The position numbers and the translations under genes were made by a program. The notes below the pieces were generated by a model. The model was not told the DNA's origin. It was given only the letters and a program-made list of their open reading frames with translations, and made no database searches. A DNA stretch of 64,000 bases, taken from the NCBI GenBank assembly GCA_044344255.1, contig JBIJDH010000004.1:224001-288000 (forward strand), given 5' to 3'. Positions 59,373 to 64,000 of the stretch are shown here, one piece after another; position 1 is the first letter of the stretch, and each line of letters starts with the position of its first letter. This stretch comes from Myxococcota bacterium (GTDB lineage: Bacteria > Myxococcota_A > UBA796 > UBA2385).

Positions 59373-60239
59373 ATGCCCTCCTTCGTTCCAGATTCCTCTC
59401 TCAAGCACACCTTCACTGGGATCGTCCCAGACAAAAGTGAGTACGAAAATGAGGATTTCTCAGGGAGTGCTTTCGTTGACGTTGGCGCCAAGAAGTGCGT
59501 TTTCAAGTCGTGCAAGTTCAAGTTCTGCACGTTCGAGAGGTCGTACTTCCGTGGTGCGCTTTTCGAAGACTGTGATTTCCAGGGAGCTCGATTTCGAGAT
59601 AGTAACTTCCGAGATGCAATATTCAAGGGTAATTGCGTGTTCTATTATGCTACGTTTGTGGGAACTTTGATCGAATCAGAGCAAATGCTCACGAAGTTGC
59701 CACCGTATCCCAACCTCAAGTTGGAGTTCGCGAGGAGTCTCCGTGCGAACTTCGCGGGACTTGGGATGCATGTTGATGCACAAAGTTTTTTTGACGTGGA
59801 ATTAGCCTCCGAATACGAGCACTTCTCAAAGATTGTCGGCTCGGGCGAGACATACTACACTACCCGTTATCCGACCGTTCGTGAGCGCTTTCCCTACTGG
59901 GTGAAACTCGGTTTGCATCGCCTTGAGGCGTTCGTTTGGGGCCACGGCGCGAGTCCACTACTTCTCGCGCGTGCGACTTTGTTCGGACTCGCAGTTCTGT
60001 CCCTCGTTTTCATGTTTCTGGCGCCGGGCTACGGTGGAAGGGAATTCTCCTCGGACCCGTTCGGCGCGGTAGGTGACAGCGTCTACTACACCTTGCTCAC
60101 GTTCTTCAGTGCTGATGACCAGGGTTTTCGACCGGTCTCGGCGGTGACGAAGGGGTTCACGGTGCTCACGCTGCTTTATGGCTACTTGACGCTGGGGTTG
60201 TTCGTGACCGCTATGTATCGGCGTCTGGCTAGGATTTAG
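59373..60239 (+). CDS. Pentapeptide-repeat protein fused to a C-terminal ion-channel-like membrane domain (HalA-like effector candidate)
   Basis: Pentapeptide run (CKFKF CTFER SYFRG ALFED CDFQG ARFRD SNFRD AIFKG); WGHG.SP then TM, pore-helix-like SVYYTLLTFFS, and a final TM. GGAG precedes ATG 59373. Confidence 0.8.
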   Translation: MPSFVPDSSLKHTFTGIVPDKSEYENEDFSGSAFVDVGAKKCVFKSCKFKFCTFERSYFRGALFEDCDFQGARFRDSNFRDAIFKGNCVFYYATFVGTLIESEQMLTKLPPYPNLKLEFARSLRANFAGLGMHVDAQSFFDVELASEYEHFSKIVGSGETYYTTRYPTVRERFPYWVKLGLHRLEAFVWGHGASPLLLARATLFGLAVLSLVFMFLAPGYGGREFSSDPFGAVGDSVYYTLLTFFSADDQGFRPVSAVTKGFTVLTLLYGYLTLGLFVTAMYRRLARI

Positions 60240-60242
60240 CCC

Positions 60243-60971
60243 TTGCCTGTTCTAACCAACATAGTATGTGCTAGGCTCTTTGGTTCGAGGGTTCGGGGGG
60301 ACCACGATGACGTTAGCGATCACGACGTGCTTGTCGTGCTTGAGGACAAGTTGAATCCCGATGCGCTCGCCCGGATTGAGGACGAGGTGAGCCTGGAGTT
60401 GGGAGTACGGGTGGATGTATCCTTCTACTCCGAGACCCACCTTCGAAAGCTGTTTGAAGGTGGGCACCTTTTCGCGTGGCACCTCTGGCGTGAATCAGTG
60501 CCGCTTGCCGGTCGGATCCCAGACCTTATTGAGATAATCGGTCCGCCGGAAGCGAACACCGATGCGCGGCAGGAGATTCAAGACTTGCTTCTGCTTCTGT
60601 GTTCAATTCCTTCGAAGCGTCTGAATAGTCGGACTTTGGTGTACGATGCCGGTATTCTGTACGTGATAATTCGCAATGTGGGAACGAGCGCTACTTGGTT
60701 CTTTGGTCCATCTCGGCTCGACTTCGGCCGGTACTCTCCCTGGGCACTGAATCGTCTCGGCGGGCCGCCGCCCCCGATCGACGAGGAAGGTTATCATAGG
60801 CTTCTGCATGCCCGCAAGGCCGGAATGGCCGGGTTGCCGGCTCCGGCGATTTCGTTGGAGGAGTTGCGGCGGTGGTACGACCAGACCGCCGCTTGGATAG
60901 GAGCGGTATGCCGGCAAATCGACAGTTCACTCTCCGACGGCGAGATTGAGGCCTTCCTTACGAAGCTGTAG
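60243..60971 (+). CDS. Pol-beta-superfamily nucleotidyltransferase with a C-terminal helical domain (HalB-like candidate)
   Basis: LFGSRVRGD...SDHDVLVV (GS and DxD), third acidic residue in VDVSFY, GHLFAWHLWRES; starts 3 nt after the channel gene. Confidence 0.85.
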   Translation: MPVLTNIVCARLFGSRVRGDHDDVSDHDVLVVLEDKLNPDALARIEDEVSLELGVRVDVSFYSETHLRKLFEGGHLFAWHLWRESVPLAGRIPDLIEIIGPPEANTDARQEIQDLLLLLCSIPSKRLNSRTLVYDAGILYVIIRNVGTSATWFFGPSRLDFGRYSPWALNRLGGPPPPIDEEGYHRLLHARKAGMAGLPAPAISLEELRRWYDQTAAWIGAVCRQIDSSLSDGEIEAFLTKL

Positions 60972-61283
60972 GAGGTACTCTGCGAGTAGGGCAGCCCCAT
61001 CGAGGGCATCCACTGCCGGAGCTGGGTCGAAGACTGTTCGGCTTCTGTCGGCGATGGTTCCTGCGACATTGGACAGGCGGACGAGCGTCTCTGCGGCTCG
61101 TACCACTGCAAATGGAGCACCCTTGCCGCCCCGAGTGTCGATCCAGCGCACGATGGCCGGTTGACTTAGTCCAGCTAACTGCTCACCGTCTGCGAATGCA
61201 ATATTGGTAACCGCAATCACATCACGCTCGAAGGCGACGCGCAGGCGGAACCTGCGCCGGCGCTCGGTTTCATTGGATTCCAC
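60927..61283 (-). CDS. Small hypothetical protein (~118 aa)
   Basis: GTG 61283 overlaps the end of the upstream nuclease-like gene; the 3' end overlaps the NTase gene by 45 nt. Confidence 0.5.
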   Translation of the reverse strand: MESNETERRRRFRLRVAFERDVIAVTNIAFADGEQLAGLSQPAIVRWIDTRGGKGAPFAVVRAAETLVRLSNVAGTIADRSRTVFDPAPAVDALDGAALLAEYLLQLRKEGLNLAVGE

Positions 61284-62106
61284 TGATGTTCTCCGGAAGA
61301 GTGGCCTGGGCCTCAGAGGCGGCACGCAGCAGGGTATCCAGTGCAGCGTTCTCGTGCTCTGCGGCCACGATGCTGTGGAATGCGAGGGTCGTAAGGGCTC
61401 CCAACCGCGCCTCGTAAATCGACAGGTTTGTTATGGCTACGGGAGCACCAGTGTGAGAGATTCCGAATCCCCGAGCCAACAGTCCGTAGCTGGCCAACTG
61501 AAGGACTGTCTGCCCGTAATAGGCATTTCGTCCAGTCTTTACTTCGACGATCGCTTCATCCAGGGCGAGATCAGCATCCGCCCCGCCTACGGCGCGTGAG
61601 CCTATTCCAAACGTTGGGTTCAGAACGAGTCTCATTCTTGGCTTGAACTTCGACCATGGAACTACCGCGTAGAGCGCGCGCAACTCTTCAGTCGAATCGC
61701 ATTGGACGGTGAGCCTCGTCGGCCCCCTTCCTCGGCCTCTGTAGAATGCATCGAAGTCGGCTAGCGCAATACAGGCTCCGGCCTGAGCGGGCGTGATCGT
61801 TCCGGGCCTGAGTGTGCTCATAATACTCAGTGCGCCGAAGAGGCTCGCCTTCGCTTGCCTTTTGTTCATTGCCTTCTCGCCTGACACCAGCCGATCGACC
61901 AGTTCTGCATCCGACTCGGCGGCGAGCGCCCACCCAGCACCGGAGAGACCCCATCGGAGCGCGTAGTCGAACGCTGTTCCCACACGGGACCCGTAGGGCA
62001 CCAGGTCTTGCGGTGAACCTCGGGACTCTTCCATGGGGGGATACCGGACGAAGGGTGCCATCGCCGCAACCACCTTCGGTAAACGCAGAAGTTCTGTAAG
62101 GCTCAC
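61270..62106 (-). CDS. PD-(D/E)XK nuclease-like protein
   Basis: VGTAFDY, LNPTFG, GGADADLALDEAIVEVKT, QLASY (RecB/Cas4-like QxxxY). Confidence 0.7.
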   Translation of the reverse strand: MSLTELLRLPKVVAAMAPFVRYPPMEESRGSPQDLVPYGSRVGTAFDYALRWGLSGAGWALAAESDAELVDRLVSGEKAMNKRQAKASLFGALSIMSTLRPGTITPAQAGACIALADFDAFYRGRGRGPTRLTVQCDSTEELRALYAVVPWSKFKPRMRLVLNPTFGIGSRAVGGADADLALDEAIVEVKTGRNAYYGQTVLQLASYGLLARGFGISHTGAPVAITNLSIYEARLGALTTLAFHSIVAAEHENAALDTLLRAASEAQATLPENISGIQ

Positions 62107-62900
62107 GCGTGTACATCGACCTCAATGGTCTTCCGGGGGGCAATCGGAAGCTGGCGCTTGCGAAGTAGGGCCTCAAGGTCTGTCCCGGTGAGCCAGGAGC
62201 GCAGGGCCTTCTGGCCGACCGACTCGTCGAGATACTCCTGCCCTCCTTCCTTCAAGCGAAGGGCGACTGCGATATCGTGGTCATGGGTCTCCCGGAGCAG
62301 ACGGAAGCTGGCGTCGCCGGGATCGACGACGAGATCCATGTTCCGCCAACTCTCGTCGAAGTGTTGCTCGGTACCGTAATGGTCCAGCCCGGGTGTGATG
62401 TGGTAGCCGAAGTTGTTCTCGGCGCCGAGCGAATGGGTCTTGTGAATCGTGAGCGAGGCACCGTCTCCCGTGCCTTGGTTGCTCTCGTAGAGCTGACTCG
62501 TCAGGTTGACGACAGTGGAATCCTCTGCGCACCAGTCGCGCCGACGGGCCAGAATGCCTGGAAGGTGCTTGGGCTTGGCCTCTTCGAGGGCGCAGCAGCG
62601 CGCGGCCAACTCCTGCATAGGCGCGTCGGACTCGGCTTCGAACCACTGGTAGAAGGCATTCCGAGCGACCCTCGTCTCGGTGTCCCCCTTCGTCAGGGCG
62701 CAAACCGCCGATGCGAGGCGGCCGCACTCCTCGGTCCCCCCGGCGGAGATCAGGGCCCAGACCCACTCCAGTGGATCCAGCTTCCGTTCCCGCTTCAGCG
62801 CTCCCAGGCGCCTCGCTGTCTCCATCACCGAGGCTGCCGGCAGCATCTCGTTCAACTTCGCCCGGAATTGCTCGGCGTCCATCTGCCACCTCCTCAACAC
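62103..62900 (-). pseudogene. Truncated, decayed IS4-family transposase
   Basis: ARRLGALKRERKLDP N-terminus, AFYQWF, first catalytic EDSTVV. The second DxGY motif has decayed to DPGD, and the ORF ends before the catalytic Glu. Confidence 0.7.
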
Positions 62901-63005
62901 GACATGGAGAGCTACCCTGAAAAGAAGGGGCGATCAACCACGCGAGTCGGAGCGGGCGTAAGACTCGTACCCAGCCTGACCGAAAGGGATCGATCTACGC
63001 CGAGG

Positions 63006-63701
63006 ATGAGCCTTTGCGGACTACGATTCACCTTCACCTCCAGCTACGACCGTGGGGTGTACGTCCTCGGCGACGCGGGCGGCACCACGATCGAGGGCAA
63101 CGTCTTCGACCGGATCGGCAACGGCGCGGTGAAATTCGCCGGGCACACCGAGGAGCCCGACCCCGAGCTCAGCCTCGCCGGCCTCCACGACGGCGCCATC
63201 CGCGACAACCGCTTCCTCCAGATGCGCAACGGCGCGATGCTGATGTCGGGCGTCCGCAACACGATCCTCGGCAACGAGGTGGTCGCTTATGACGCCTCCG
63301 CCGATCCCACCGGCTGGTACCACCCCTTTCAGCGGCCCGGCTACCACTACCTGGACGAGTTCCTCATCACCGACGCCGGGCAGGCCGGGCAGGCCGGGAG
63401 GGCCAACCACATCTGGGGCAACACCTTCGAAGACAACACGACCACTGACGGGGACTTCGAGCTGTTCCTCCAGCAGCGGCCCAACGTGGCCGACCGCAGG
63501 ATCTCCGCCAAACTCGTGACGGGCGCGGGACAGACGGTGTACTTCCGCCACCTCGTCCCCTGCGCCGAGAGCGCCGCGCCCTGCTTGGCCTACACACCCT
63601 CCATCCGCGTGGATGCTGGCGCGACGCTCGTCTTTGGCGCCCCCGCCGACTGTGCAGACTGCTACCCGTCGGACACCGGCTACCTCACCGAGCTGCCCTG
63701 A
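63006..63701 (+). pseudogene. Probable 5'-truncated right-handed beta-helix protein at the island's right junction
   Basis: Host-like GC3 resumes near 63030; TIEGNVF, IRDNRF, NTILGNEV and NHIWGNTF repeats begin without a signal peptide or N-terminal cap. Confidence 0.5.
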
Positions 63702-63762
63702 CCGTCGGGCTTCGGGGAGCGATCCCAGGGCCGACCTGGCGGTTCGACGATTGGGAGGTGGA

Positions 63763-63999
63763 TCAGCGACGGGGAACAGGGGACGCCGGGTTCGGCTCGC
63801 CCGGGCTCCCCGCCTCGCCCGCCTTCCCGCAGCCGCAGGCCGGGTGGCCCTGGTTCTTGTCCATCGCCTCGAGGAAGCTGCGCACCGACTGGGGATCGAC
63901 GCCGGGCTCGGCGCCCTGGCCCTTCCGCCACATCAGGGCGCACTCCTCGCAGACGGGCTCGCCTTTGCGCAGGGCCTCGCCGCAGCGGCAGCCGCCGGC
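63763..63999 (-). CDS. 3' end of a Cys-rich protein running off the window edge (absent from the ORF track)
   Basis: Manual translation: ...AGGCRCGEALRKGEPVCEECALMWRKGQG...GHPACGCGK...PVPRR-stop, with host-like codon usage. Confidence 0.55.
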   Translation of the reverse strand, partial: AGGCRCGEALRKGEPVCEECALMWRKGQGAEPGVDPQSVRSFLEAMDKNQGHPACGCGKAGEAGSPGEPNPASPVPRR

Positions 64000-64000
64000 C

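Larger units (their letters stand above)
59221..63020. mobile_element. Lower-GC accessory/defence island (boundaries approximate)
   Basis: Abrupt rise in A/T content and loss of GC3 bias relative to the flanks (judged by eye); carries defence-type genes and an IS remnant. Confidence 0.75.

Noticed and set aside
53578..60239. Idea that the pentapeptide protein is a Qnr/MfpA-type protector of the nearby topoisomerase
   Set aside because: The repeat is short, fused to a channel-like membrane domain, coupled to an NTase, and lies in a compositionally foreign island.
61270..62106. Calling the nuclease Cas4
   Set aside because: No four-Cys Fe-S cluster pattern and no cas genes or array nearby.
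62277..63005. N-terminal half of the 474-aa + ORF, suggesting a novel fusion
   Set aside because: It is the antisense of the IS4 remnant running in frame into the beta-helix fragment.

Overview
A 64 kb window from a very GC-rich bacterium. Its gene content suggests a Myxococcota/deltaproteobacterial-type organism (inference): gliding-type OM beta-barrel and TPR genes, Cys/Asp-rich metal-binding-repeat lipoproteins, three Hanks-type kinases and an FHA-enhancer-binding protein. Most of the window is housekeeping or envelope genes: pntAB, fadN/fadA, gabT, folE-like, mutM, a type IIA topoisomerase A/B pair, asd, pfaD, mazG-like, fxsA and glycosyltransferases. Two loci stand out. (1) At 27271-32480, a coupled gene pair: an FHA-AAA+-HTH activator whose GAFTGA loop is replaced by NYPNPG, and a 1243-aa Ser/Thr kinase-globin-STAND NTPase-TPR fusion. 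Together they are a candidate O2/NO-gated phospho-signalling system, and a metallophosphoesterase and a cytochrome b5-beta-barrel fusion lie next to it. (2) At about 59.2-63.0 kb, a visibly lower-GC island carrying a pentapeptide-repeat/ion-channel gene plus a Pol-beta-type nucleotidyltransferase (a Hailong-like anti-phage architecture), a small unknown gene, a PD-(D/E)XK nuclease-like gene and a decayed IS4 transposase. No rRNA, tRNA or CRISPR array was recognised. All calls come from motif reading only; no searches were run.
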